A DNA stretch of 52,106 nt from Girardia tigrina (lineage: Eukaryota): contig MQRK01220079.1 of the NCBI GenBank assembly GCA_001938485.1, forward strand, positions 5,233 to 57,338, given 5' to 3'. The stretch's first letter is position 1; every line of letters begins with the position of its first letter. Below the pieces are notes generated by a model. That model was not told the origin of the DNA and did not search any database. It saw only the letters and a program-made list of their open reading frames with translations. Positions 1 through 12,983 of this stretch are shown one piece after another. The translations under genes and the position numbers were made by a program.

Positions 1-103
1 TATCGATCTTCCTTATCGATCTAAATAAAAAATGTTATCCCTATTCATTCATAGATGGCTATACAAGTCTGATATATATTATGATTCCATATGGCATCAA
101 TAG

Positions 104-571
104 TCAGTAAAGGGTTAAGCCGCGATTACTACTATTCAAATGATCAATTTCATCATTAAATTCACTGGTAGAAGACTTTGCGTTATCAATGACTGTATCA
201 GAACGAATAATTTGATATTTTGTTTGAATCAATTTATTTTCTAAAGGATCAGCTCTATTAACGGAATCCACAAAGTTTGATTTAATTTCGTCCATTTCGA
301 TTCGATATTTTTTCTCTCCATCTGCCCATTCATCGCTACCACTGTCACTGAAGGCAAAACCCAAGCTGGGCAACACCGACAGCTGATCTCCAGCGCCAAA
401 ACACGACTCACTTCCCATACCACGAACACGGAAAGAACAATTCACCAGAACTCCCACATAGTCGCCGGACGAGGAACTGATCGGTGATACTCTCGGTCGA
501 TCATCCGAAATCAATTGCTGACGATTCCCATTTAAGTCCAAATACGATCTGCTACCAAAATAGTTAGCCAT
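104..571 (-). CDS. Hypothetical 155-aa ORF of unknown function (possibly a frameshifted pseudogene)
   Basis: GC-richer than its flanks, ATG in an AAAAATGG context. No family recognised. Confidence 0.35.
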   Translation of the reverse strand: MANYFGSRSYLDLNGNRQQLISDDRPRVSPISSSSGDYVGVLVNCSFRVRGMGSESCFGAGDQLSVLPSLGFAFSDSGSDEWADGEKKYRIEMDEIKSNFVDSVNRADPLENKLIQTKYQIIRSDTVIDNAKSSTSEFNDEIDHLNSSNRGLTLY

Positions 572-2082
572 TTTTAAATTTTGTTTTCAAATTTTCGATT
601 TCGAATTCAATGCAAAAACCAAAACTCAATTCACCTTTTAAAAATTTTATTATTTCAATTACAAATTATTACAATTGATGCAGTAAAACAATACTGCAAT
701 TTTTTCAATATATATATATATTTATATTTTAGAGAAAAATTTAGAATTTATTCAATAATAAGTTTTAACTTTTTTATGATTTACCAAATTTCAAAAAAAA
801 GTCAGATAATGATAAAAACTGAAATTTTTATACACAAAAATGTTTATAATTAATTGATTCATTAATTTGAATCTTCCAGTTTCTTGTTAATCCTCGCTTC
901 AGTCGTCGCTGTCGCTTCCCTTCTCAATCTCCCAAGATTATTCGACAATTGAATGAATCGGTTAGCGAGACGAAGAATTTCGCGAATGATTAAAGCCACG
1001 AGTAATTCGAGAACCAGCATTGAATTAGTGAAGAATCTCCATACTCGTATATAGAATTATAAAACTCCTGTGAATAGAAAAAGAATTCGAAATACCAGAT
1101 CGATTGTAGAAACTCCACAAATTTAATGTGTAGTCAGAATGGGGAAAGAAAGTTAGTGACTACAGAGAAAAATGAAAGTAATCGATAATCCTCTGCGCCG
1201 CGTACTAGCTGACAATTATGACTAATGTGATCAATGAAATTGTAAATGAAATGTTATGAAATTCCGCTGTTTCATTTCAGAATAAAAAATTCCTTCTTAA
1301 GAACAATCGATATTACTGTCGAATGACATTGGCCGGATGAAGCAGCTAATATGATATAATTAATTTAGCAATAAATATAGTGAATGACTAAAACCTACTT
1401 TAATAGTCTTAATGATTTCTAATAAGCTACTACAAGCTATCACCTTGTCAGTTTGGTGAAATTATAATATGGGTGTTGGGTTCTTGATCGAGATTAAGAC
1501 TCATTAACACCAAAATTTTATTTCTAACACAATTAACCATTATTCAAACAATTTTTAGTTAACAATTCTTTTAATAACAATTTTTCGTCGAGGAATTTTC
1601 CTTCGTTTTCTTTTTGATAAGATTTTTATATAAAATATGGAATTATAAATAATGATAAGCTATTTTAAAATTGAATTTTTTTATTCTATTTATTTTGAAA
1701 ATTTACATTCCACTATTTTATGCAACTTAATTTAAATTGAAACCAACATAATTTATTGTAGTCATTTTTTTTACTAAATTAACCAAAATGATTTTTTATT
1801 ATTTTATAATTAGTTTAATGTTATTTTCTTTTATTTGTGAAAAGTTTTTAATTAATAAAAGATTTTAACGTTTTATTTATTATAAATATTTCAGTTTAAA
1901 AGCATTTTTACCTTCAATTATTTTAAATACAATACAAATTTTAAATACTATTAACAACATCACAATTTGAATGCAAACATTTATTTACAACACAAACAGA
2001 TTCTTCACAACAATTTTCAGAGGTCATCTTTCTTTGATTGATATAGTTTTTGATTACGTATTCAAATATGATAAAATCAATA

Positions 2083-2113
<31 letters not shown>

Positions 2114-2305
2114 ATCAGCGCAAGCTAGTGACTTGCGCTTACTAGGAATTACTCGTTCAAGTAGGATAATTTCAATCCACTATTCCTGACACGACAATGA
2201 TTCAGCAGGTTACCCGGCCATTTCTAGCTAGGAATAAAACTCGCTGGTACTGCCATTGTAGCGCGCGTGCGGCCCCGGACATCTAAGGGCATCACAGACC
2301 TGTTA
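2083..2305 (-). rRNA. Orphan 18S rRNA gene fragment (3' region), pseudogene
   Basis: Reverse complement reads TAACAGGTCTGTGATGCCCTTAGATGTCCGGGGCCGCACGCGCGCTACA...GATTACGTCCCTGCCCTTTGTACACACCGCCCGT, universal eukaryotic SSU motifs. Flanks are non-rDNA. Conserved GAGGAATTCC is mutated to GAGTAATTCC. Confidence 0.97.
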
Positions 2306-2621
2306 AATGGGAAATTTTAATATTACATTTTAATTTCTCATAATTTTATTGGATAAAAAGACATTATGTAATTTTTTAAATAAACATTAATTTTTAAAAT
2401 ATATTAAATTTAATAAGTTAAAATCGTTTACTGAAAATATAATTAAAATTCATAATTATCAAACTTTAATTAATTAGTACTTAAAATTAATATCATTAAA
2501 TTAATTTCATTAGATTCAAATAATCAATCAAATAACATATCAATCCCATCTGAGTAGGAGAGTCACAAATCTAAACAGCATACAAACAACAAACTTACAA
2601 AATTCCAAATTATCCCTCACA
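2306..2621 (-). mobile_element. Truncated solo LTR, TGTGAGG-type family
   Basis: CCATCTGAGTAGGAGAGTCACA...CCTCACA block is homologous to LTR ends at 23015, 26328, 29112 and 48381. Confidence 0.7.
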
Positions 2622-3189
2622 AATACAATTTAAATACAAAAAAATAATTGACAGTATTCAAATTTTTATTATTATTACGATACATTAATGATAAAAGTTT
2701 TAATCTTTAATTCTTTTTACGAAAACTGTTAAGAATTAAGTATTTGTCAAATCTTTGATTTGCAGAATTTCAAACTAACTTTAAAATTTAAAATTATCCG
2801 TTTTTTTACTTTACATCTCTGGCAACAAAGTTCAATATTTTATTTTTTAGAGTAACTTTTAAAGTTGGTACAAACATAATTATCCTTGTCTTTATATATT
2901 TCTTTTAATTCAATTATTTAAAAATGCATTATTTCCCAATTAATTTCGTTTTAAGTTTTTACTCTACATTTAAAATTTGATTATTTCCGAAGATAACTTT
3001 TTAAAATTAATTCAGATATATTTTTTTTAATTATAATTGCTTAAAAAACTTTTGATTTTAAATATTTCCTTATTTTAGAAATTCTTTATAAAAATTAATT
3101 GTTTCAAACATTGTAAGAGTGAGCCTGTCCTTCAGAAAAAAAAATTTTGAAAATTTTGAATTTTTCAATATTCTGTATTATTTGTTTAT

Positions 3190-6100
3190 TATTTGTATCC
3201 TTCAGTCTATAGCTCCTTTCATGAATCTTTTCTATGATTTCATATAGTCCCTCAAATCTGTCTTCGCCTTTCATTATTATTTCCTGCTTAAATCCAGACC
3301 ATATCTATACTTTGTATACTCTTTTGGTCTCATTTCCGTCCGGGATGTTCTTTTCTTTTATTCTTTGTCTTGTATCATCTCCGTATATTTTACTTCCACT
3401 GTACCACTGTTGTCTGTCTATTTTTTTACCAAACACAACTTCCGCTGGACTGCACCCTATTGTTTTTTTTTGTTTTGTTGCGTTTAATGCGAATTCCACT
3501 TCTGGTAATATATCTGCCCAACTCATGGCATTCCTTTCTTTTACATTAGCTTGAATGAATTCTCAAATAGTCCTGAATTGTCTTTCGATTATTCTATTTG
3601 TATTTTGGTGGTATGGACTGGAGAAAACTATTTTAACGCCTTTTTTCTCCAACATTTCTATAACTTTTTTGCCTCGAAACTCTTCCCACAATCAACATGT
3701 ATCTCCTTTGGTGCTCCAAATTTTAATATCCATTTTTGTAATATTGTTTATACAATTGTTTCTTCGTCCTATCTTTTGATTGCCATCAAGCTAATGTACT
3801 TGCTAAAGTGATCTATCATTCCGAGAATGTATCTTTCTCTTCTTACTGTCCATTACCACGGTCCACATATATCTATATAAACCTTTTCAAATATTTCTGA
3901 CGCCGTTATTTTAACGTTTTCTTCATTTGTCTTCGCGGTCATTGTCTTTGTTTGTTGGCACTATACATGTTCCGACTACCTCCTTTACTGTTTTCTTTTC
4001 TTCCTCCATATCAAACTTGTCCCTTAGATATTCATATAGTTTTTCTGCTCCTGCATGACACAATAATCTATGTGTCTGTATGATTAAATCGTTCCGTTTT
4101 TCTTTTGATATCCATTCTTTTTGACCTGCTCTCGCTTGGCTCCTTGTAGTCACTACTAACAACCTAGTCTTATTATTACCCTTTTTAGCTTCTTCATGTT
4201 CCATTTCGTGTCGCAATTTCGTCTGGATAGAATATCCGCGTTGTTGTGTAGTTCTCCTTTCCTGTATTCTATTTCTATATCTAAACTACTCAGGTAATTC
4301 ATCTACGTTTGGAATTGAGCTGTTAATGGTTTCATTGTATGAAACATGAATGTTATAACTTTATGGTCCCTTCTTAGTTAAATTATTTTCCCGTACAAGT
4401 AATGATTGAAATGTTGACAAAAGTAAAAAATTGCTAAAAGTTCTTTTTTTGTAATGCAATATCCTTTTTCGTGTGCTGACATTGAATGTGATCCATATGC
4501 TATTACTTGCTCCGTGCCTGATTCACCTATCTGCGATAGTACCGGCCCTATGCTGTCAAAACTAGCGTCTGTATCTAGAATCAACTGTTTCTTGAAATTT
4601 AGAAAACTCAATATTGGTGCCGTTATCAATCCTTTCTTCATGTCCTGAAAAGCTATTTCACAGGCATCTTTCCAAATTAATTTTTCTTTATTCAAACCAC
4701 ACATTCCTTCCAATATTTTAACTTTCTTCGCATATACATTTATAAACCTTCTGTAGTAATTGCAAATTCCTAGAAAACTTCTTAAATATTTGATACATTT
4801 GGGTCTTTGAAAATTCTCTATTGCTGCTATTTTTTCTGTATCTGTCTGTATCACTTTATCATTTATAACGTGTCCTAAAAATTTTACTTCTTGTCGTAAT
4901 ATTTTATATTTCGATGGTTTGATTCTTAATCCTGTCTCCTTTATTCTTCAAAATACTTTTTTGACTACGTTATAATGTTCTTCCTCAGTGCTTGTTGCTA
5001 TTAATATGTCGTCTAGATAAACTGATGCTCCCTTCTTTATCGGTTTTAATACTTTGTTCATTAGTTCCTGAAATGTTCCTGGGGCTGCTGCTATCCCGAA
5101 AGGCATCCGTTTAAAACAGAATTGTCCTGATTTAGTGGAAAACGCCGTTTTTTCCTGTGATTCGTTGTCCAATTCTACCTGGTAGTACGCGTTTCCTAAG
5201 TCTATTGTGCTGAAATATTTGGTTCCATATAGCCTATCCATCATTTCCACTATATTTGGCATGGGGAATGCCTGTCTCTTTGTAATGAAGTTTAATTGCC
5301 TGAAATCTAGACATAGTCTGATTTCGTCCTTGTCTTTTTTCCAAACGCATACTATTGATGTGTTCCATTGTGAATTACATGGCTTTATTATTCCATTTTC
5401 CTCTAGATTTTTGATTGCTTCCTCAAGTTTGTCCTTTATGTTTGGTTTTATGTTTATAGGTCCCCCTGTTGTTTCTATTCTGTGTCGTAACAAGTTTGTA
5501 CAGCCGATATCCCAGTCGTTTGCCATGAATATGCCTTGATATTGGTGAATTATCTCTTCTAGTGCATTATCATTTGGCGTATCGATCATTTTGAATGCTT
5601 CTTTTCTTCGTTCTTCGTCTGTGATTCCTTTCCCAAACTTGGCCTCGATTTCGCATATGTTAATTTTACATGTATCCTGTTGTTTATCTTCTTTCCATTG
5701 TAGCTCTATTCCGAATTCTTTCATTAAGGGCATGTCCCCAATCATGTCTGGTCTTAAATTCTTTACTATTATAAATCTTATTTTCTCTGATTTCTTCCCA
5801 ATTTTTATCAGTGTTTCTATTTCTCCTCTAACATCCAATTTAATCCATTTGCTGCTATCAATTTCTGATTTGTTTGTTCCATTCGTATGCTCTTTAATTT
5901 CTTAAGTATTTCTTCTGTCATCACGTTTAAGGCTGCTCCCGTATCTAATAGGCATTCAATTTCTGTGTCCTCAATCTTGACTCTGATAATTGGTCGACCC
6001 TCTAATCTGTTGTATAAAATTGGTACAATTTCATAATTAGTTATTATCAACAATTCTAATTTTATTATTAATTATTATTATCCTTTTTTATAAATTTTAC

Positions 6101-6760
6101 CACTTTGTGACTTGTTTCTGGTTCCTTATAGAAGTACGGCTTACTCATGAATTCTGACTTATTTTTATCAATTTTATAATTCATATTATTTATATTTAAT
6201 TTATTATTTATTTTATTCATATTATTAAAATTATTACTACTATATATATAATTTATATGATCTGGACTGTGTTTAAGAAAACTTACTCAAATGCCAAGAT
6301 CAGTTCCTCGTCGTCTTGGCACGATTCGTTTTTTCTATATGTTCTCACTCTTCTCGGTATTCTTCCTTCTCCATCATCGCGATCTGTCTTCCTCTTTCGA
6401 ATCCTCTTCTGTATTCGTCTGAGTTCCGGTTTCCTGGGCTTTTTGTTTGTGCATCTGAGAATTGTCGGCTATCTCTTTGGGTTCTCCTTTGAAAATCCGT
6501 TCTTTCTTGATATTGTTTATTCAGATTCGTTTAACATTCCTCAGCTCTATGTCCTGGATTGTTACATCTTCCACATCTGACCTTTTTGCATTCGTGTTCT
6601 CCCTGATACGACTTTAAATGTGAAGTACTATCATTCATGCTTAGATTAATCTTTTCTATGTAGGGTTCGACTTGTGATATTGAATTGTATGCGGCGTCAT
6701 CCTCAGCGGCAACATGTTTCACGTTATTAACCTTTTAATTTTATTATAATGATGAGCATC
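3190..6760 (-). mobile_element. Decayed Ty3/Gypsy internal region (gag CCHC, protease, RT, RNase H, integrase)
   Basis: CNNPGHRAEEC zinc knuckle (6531-6722), LLDTGA protease (5817-6053), LCLDFRQLN...YLDD RT (4948-5838), DTDAS...KELLAI RNase H (4378-4854), HRLLCH and WADILPEVEFALN integrase pieces. Gypsy domain order, many frameshifts. Confidence 0.95.
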
Positions 6761-7028
6761 TCGGAACATTTGTACACCAACAACGTATTTGTCTAAAAGT
6801 CTATAATGTTATCATTTGATTATTTAAATGAATTCACGATTTATTATGATTATAACTGTACAAATTATCAAGTTTATCAATTTATCATTTAAATAAATTC
6901 ATCATTTATTCTATTAATAATTATTATGATAACTGCATCCTTTATCTGATTTACTATCCACGATCCATCTATGATTATTAGCATAACTCCATCATCTAAC
7001 TTATTTATTATTTACAATGATTATTATA

Positions 7029-8260
7029 CAGTGCGTTCAGAAAGTCACTGTGAACCTTTCATTGTCTGGTTTATTTTTAGATAATCAGCGTTGTAGCAGA
7101 CTTTTTAAATGCAAATTTCTATGAAATCGAACTATGAAATAGATTCGTGAACAAAAAACATACCTACATACTTTGACCTTGACACTGAGCGTTTTAAATT
7201 TTTTTAAAAAAAATATCATTTTGATATTCAATCTAATTGACGAAAGTCAATTTATTGCGAAGTTAATTCCAATTGAAAATGGTTTTGTCAACGGAGGAGA
7301 GAATATCTTTGATTGAACATGTCTTTCGTGCGAATGATGAATACACACAAGCAGTGAAGGAAAAATTTGCCGAAAAGTTTCCCGCAACAGCAATACCTCA
7401 TCGAAATGCAGTTCGAGCGTTAGTGAACAAGTTCAGAGAAACTGGATCCGTTCATGATGCCTCCCGCNNNNNNNNNNNNNNNNNNNNNNNNNNNNNNNNN
7501 NNNNNNNNNNNNNNNNNNNNNNNNNNNNNNNNNNNNNNNNNNNNNNNNNNNNNNNNNNNNNNNNNNNNNNNNNNNNNNNNNNNNNNNNNNNNNNNNNNNN
7601 NNNNNNNNNNNNNNNNNNNNNNNNNNNNNNNNNNNNNNATGAGTTGAAAGACACAGACTTTGAAAAGCGACTCCAGTTTTGTCATTGGTTCAAGGAAAAT
7701 CTGAATGAGGATGACATGCTCGACAAAACTTTTTTTCCGATGAAGCGTGGTTTCATTTGTCTGGATATGTGAGTAGCCAAAATTCTCGAGTTTGGTCCAG
7801 TGAAAATCCGCATGAATTTGTTGATAAGCCTCTGCATTCCTCGAAAGTTGGAGTATGGTGTGCCATGTCCAGGAGGCGTGTAATTGGTCCCATCTTTTTT
7901 ACTGAAACCATAACATAAAAAAGGTACTGCAAGGAAATCCTTTCTGTTTTCATCGACCAGTTAACTAAAGAAGAACGATCGACTGGCTATTTTCAGCAGG
8001 ATGATGCAACAGCACATACCGCAAACATTTCGCTTCGTTTTTTGAATGAGATCTTCCCGAAGAGAATCATTTCCAAAGGAATTTGGCCGCCAAGATCCCC
8101 AGATCTAAGTGTTTTGGACTTTTACCTTTGGGGAGCTATAAAGCAAAAGGTTTACCGAAACAAACAACAAACTTTGCAAGACCTACGTGATAACATCCTA
8201 CACCAAATTGAAGCCATCACCCAAGAGGAAATTCATCGAGTGTTCGAAAACTTGACTAAC
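7029..8260 (+). mobile_element. Tc1/mariner DNA transposon (rosa/Visitor-like, DUF4817-type HTH), 3'-truncated, frameshifted
   Basis: TA|CAGTGCGTTCAGAAAGTCACTGTG left end. ORF from ATG 7279 (VNKFRETGSVHD), then DEAWFHLSG, FQQD, WPPRSPDLSVLDFYLWG. Gap at 7468-7638. Confidence 0.92.
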
Positions 8261-9048
8261 TATCTCGGGGGGGGGGTGCCTAGAATTTACCGCAAATATA
8301 ATACTCCGCACCTTGGTATTAATAATAACAATTTCACTTACTAACGATGATGAGTTTAATTTCTGAATTGATCGTATAATGTCTTATTAATTATAAGAGT
8401 TGAATTGACTTAATATCATTCGTAACGAATGTTAGCAATTCCGATGTCTATTTGATAACAACGACTATAGTGTTGATTAACAACAGAATTTCGGAGCTAA
8501 TGATCTGACTTAGCCCGAGAGCTCATAGTACATCCAGTGAAAACTGACGGTAAAAGAGACGCTGGTCGATATACTAAGAAATAGTGGTGTTAAACAGCGC
8601 ATAATGAAATTTTAACGAAGCGCATATTCCGCTCTAAGTTAACAAATAACAATGCCACAAGTTAATAAAACACAACAAACAGATGCACCAAGTCCACACG
8701 CAGACATAACATTGCTCTAAATTTCACAGTACACAGTAAACATAATAATAGATGAGAAGATATCGAGTGATAGTTTAGGAAAGATATCATCCCAGAACGA
8801 CACTCCGCTAGGTGGGGAGCCCATAGCCCATCCCATATTTATCCGAACCCGCAGGCCCTTCAGACTCGGCACTGTCAGGCAGATGTCGAGCGAGAAGAGG
8901 CGTCCGACCCTATAATGTATATTAGAGAGAATAAGTATTGTAGAGAGTTGTAGTTAAATAATAAATTGAGATTGGGTTGTGGCTGACCCTTAATAGCTAC
9001 TGGGGGCTCTGAGCACTTAAAATTGTTATGAACAAGAGGGTCGTGACA
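8261..9048 (-). mobile_element. Probable solo LTR interrupting the mariner-like transposase
   Basis: Transposase homology stops abruptly at 8260. Imperfect terminal inverted repeat (minus strand TGTCACG...CGAGATA). No TSD found. Confidence 0.4.
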
Positions 9049-9378
9049 AATGTTAATTCAGCACATGTACATGTACATTTACTTATTTATTTTATTTTTT
9101 ATTTTTTGTGTCTTATTTTATTTTTATTTATTTTTAAATAAATAAAAAAAGCAAGAAATAAAAGAAGTTACGATGAAGAAAGCAACAAAGAAATGGAGAA
9201 ATTATATAACGAGCATAATTATATATAATAATAATTATAAAAAATTTGAAATAAAAAGAAATCAATTGAATTTTAAAAAAAAATTAAACGAAAGTCGAAT
9301 TGACTTAGTAACGAATAATATATTATTTTTCCGGCGTCGTAAGACAAGACTTAATTATATATTATTTTTTATTCGAAA

Positions 9379-9572
9379 TAAATCCGAAATTCCACGATTA
9401 GAAAACTAATTATCAAGAAGACATTTTATATCGTTTTATTTGTGAACGATTCAGACAATTATTACGACAATTTCTCTAATATCTAAATCCGAAATTCGAC
9501 GGTTAGAAAATTAACTATTGAGAAAATATTTATATCGTTTTATTGGTGAACGATTCTGACAATTATCACGGT
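9379..9572. repeat. Two-copy ~106-bp degenerate tandem repeat
   Basis: AAATCCGAAATTC..CG.TTAGAAAA...TTTATATCGTTTTATT.GTGAACGATTC.GACAATTAT at ~9379 and ~9485. Confidence 0.8.
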
Positions 9573-9805
9573 ACTTTTGACTAATATTCTTGATTCATTG
9601 TGTTAATCATATTAAAAGTGTTAATCAGAATTTGTCTGATTTTTTCTTCTAACCTGTGATTTAATTTATAAAATATTATACAACTAGGTTCACCAAACGA
9701 CGTATACTGGTTAACCTAGTTTATATTCTATTGGATTATTTCATTATCAGTCTATAAGATATATAAAAACAGTCATTTCGACTAATATCAGTGAATTGAT
9801 TGTTT

Positions 9806-10869
9806 TTATAGTCCCCATACATTTTCGATAGGATTTGCGTCTGGTGAATTGCCTGGCCATGGTAAAAGGTCGACTTCCTTCTTTTTTAAGAAATTAAATG
9901 TCGACAGTACACGGTTGGGTGGTGCAAGATCTTGCTGAAAAATGAATTGCAGTTTTGGAAATACCAAGCACTTTACAATAATATCAATGTCATGTATTAT
10001 AGTTTCCTGGTACATTTGAGCATTCATTGCACCTTATACTTTTCTAAGAAGACCTACCCCATTTGCCGAAAAGCACCCCCAGACATGAACTTTGGCTCCG
10101 TTGCTCATGGTTTCATGGATGTTTCCGAGTTTGAGCCTTTCATTTCTAGTTCATCTGATCGAACGTCTACCACGATGATTATAACATTGGAAAATGCATT
10201 CATCGCTAAATATAGCAGAATACCAAGTTTCTTTATTCCAATTTTGATATAATGAAGCCTACTGCATTCTTCTTTGTTTCTGTTTAGCGGTAAGGAACAG
10301 AAGTAAAGAACAGACAGCTTTGAATGCCTGTATTCCATATTGCTGTAAAATCTTTTCGACTGTCGACTTACTTATGGCTATTGAGGAAGAAGAATTAAAT
10401 ATCCTTGTAATATTTAACGTGGAAATATCATTGTTTAAACGACTTACGCGTTTAATCACTCTTTCTGATCTGGTGCTTAGTTTATGAGGTCTGCCTCCAC
10501 GTGGCTGATCTTTCACTTCTCATGTTTTTAAATACTTCGCCCATATTTTTTGCATTCCACGTTTTGAAATATTTCTATTATATCTTGTAAATAGTTCGAC
10601 CTTAATTTGATTCCATGTATTTCCTGCATTTTTAATCGAAACAATCATTCCACGCTCAAATTCACTACATACTCTTGACATTTAATTTATCTAAAATTTA
10701 AAAAATAAGTCATTAATGAAAATTTCAAAATTTAACATATAAATTCAAATGTGTCGCATAAAAAACTATATATAAACAAATATTCAAAATAAATATGACG
10801 TCAAATTTTTAGTTAGAAAATAAGTAATCAAAATATAAGGGGGTGAACAGACTTATGAATCATACTGTA
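9806..10869 (-). mobile_element. Tc1 (DD34E) transposon, decayed, 3'-truncated
   Basis: Minus-strand end TA|CAGTATGATTCATAAGTCTGTTCACCCCC. ATG ~10681, PRGGRPHKL HTH, FQQD...WPGNSPDANPIENVW with 34-residue D-E spacing. Confidence 0.93.
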
Positions 10870-12249
10870 GTTGACACATAAATGATTAACTGAATCGATT
10901 TATCACTCATTTATTAGTGACCAGTAAGTTTGTCTTTGGGAATCACACCAACTGGAATCTGCATCGACGCGCATACAACTCACGTAATATTGGTTATACA
11001 CCCTCGTATTGATTTACATGCTTCACTAACTTTCATAATTTGTTGGATAATATATAATTCTTGCGACAAACGTTGTCTATTCTGGATATTACAACTTTCT
11101 ATAATTCACTGGATGACGACTCTTATGCTTCCCTCGGATATGGAAGATGGAACGACGACGGGGAAATGGACTACTTCCTAAAACTAAAAAGAGAGTGAGA
11201 AACTAAAATTATTTATTAAGCGAGTAAGTATATAAGAACAAAATTAATCAAATGATACATATATTAAATCACCAAAAAACTTCGAAAATTTACATCAATT
11301 CAAAATCGGTTTCCGGGGAAATATTCGTCCTCAAGATTGTTTCTACTGGTTGGATCGTTCGCCGGTCGACACGTAGGTAGATCAAAAGTCAGTTCGTGAA
11401 ACTTGTTCTTGAAGGTGTTACAATAGTTCACAAAATGTCTCTGTTTGCAATTGGTTTTCTGGTTGTTGGTTCCGTAAACGTTTTATTCGCAAAATGTTCT
11501 CCAAATGATCAAATTATATTTATTTGCTCTGTAAGATGTTTTTTGTGCATAATGTTCTGAAATAACTGTGGTATTTATAACATGGGTATACTGTCATGTT
11601 GCACTACTGAGCCAATCATCGTGTGTCAGCAACAAGTCTCTCAATTTTTAAAACTTTTATTGGCTGTTGTGGTTTGTTTATTCTAATCAATACTTCATTC
11701 TAGGCCTGCACACTATATGGCTCTTCGACTACGAAAAATGGTGTGTGATTGTGGATGTCAGTTCTAGCGGGTTGTCAGCAAGTCTACGAATCACAGTGAT
11801 TCATGATTATTCATAGACTGTCTGCTGATTTTCAACTTCAATATTCACTCACGTAAGTTTTCTAATTAACTTTTATAATTAATTTAATTTTTGTATTTCT
11901 TTTAAAGGGTCATAACTTCCCAAGGAAAGATCGGTTGATAAAACGGTTCCTCATCACAGATGGCTCTCATCGAGATCCGCACGGGGAGGGTCCGCCGCTC
12001 AATTTTATTCATCGGGTGAGTTCTGACACGACTTTGTATATTTGAACGCGTTTAGGTGATGTTTTAGGGTCTGAGAATTACCATCGTCATCCAGACGAAC
12101 CGCAAAAGGCTTAAACATATCATCGATGCGAGCTCAGACTGTGTAATATAACTTTTGTGATATTGTGATAGCTTTTAATACATGTATTATTTTTCTTCAT
12201 GTCATGTATGTTGATATAGTATTATGTCACGACCGTAACAAATGAGTTT

Positions 12250-12342
12250 TGTTTGGTTTTAAAATCTTTAAATTTAAATAGTTACTTTTTAAAACTAAAA
12301 TCTTTAATCTTTAATTTTTAATCGTTAATCTGACTCCAATAT
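12250..12342 (-). repeat. Dispersed repeat (probable LTR family); other copies at ~14573-14725 (-), 25361-25490 (+), 33760-34053 (+)
   Basis: Shared TTGGAGTCAGAT...GATTAAAGAT...TTTAAAAAGT core. 14580-14720 is the reverse complement of ~33765-33900. The 33.8-kb copy ends ...CCCCAACA. Confidence 0.65.
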
Positions 12343-12983
12343 TACGGAAGCGAGCTGATAAAACAAAGTATTTTGCTCAACTCGGTTACGTAACAAACGT
12401 ATTTTAAATAGTGTTTGAAATGAAGTAAGACACCAAATGAATAAATAATAAAATTATAATTTCTTTATAACAACTCAACAAAGGGTGGATGACAGAGTGT
12501 CTAAATTTAATGAATCACAGATAGAGCAAAAGATTGGGAATAATGTCAAAATGAATGAGGTGATGTGTCAACGATAATAAATTACCGTATTAAATAATTA
12601 ACTGTCTTTTTTTCTATGAAACGATTAAATTGATCTGGATGAAATCGTCGTCGGGATTGTGGCGGGCTGAGAAAACGAGCTATTTTCAGAAAATTGAAAT
12701 CACGATCAGAATGAGAAGATTAAAATCCTTGCTTTGACTGTTTGACAGCTGATATAATTATAATATACTTAATAATTATAACGATCTATTTTTTTATTTG
12801 GATTTTTTTTCAAATTTTATCAAATCTTTATCTCGATAATATTTAATAATATTATTGCCGTCATAATTTCCAAACGATAAAATGAATCGACAGCCGGCAA
12901 AGATTGTATCGAAACCCAAAACGATTATAGTAAAATCTCATAAAAAAATATAATTCCCGTTGATAAATAAAAATAAGAACTCA

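Noticed and set aside
1490-2009. Possible additional solo LTR ending ...TTCTTCACA
   Set aside because: Too diverged. Left boundary and TSD not supportable.
2727-3110. TGTT...AACA segment as 3' LTR of the first Gypsy
   Set aside because: No adjacent PPT, TSD or matching 5' LTR.
3234-6580. Plus-strand hydrophobic ORFs opposite Gypsy pol
   Set aside because: Antisense shadows of A-rich coding sequence.
10900-12200. GC-richer blocks with an intron-like segment (11853-11907)
   Set aside because: No coherent ORF or recognisable motif could be assembled.
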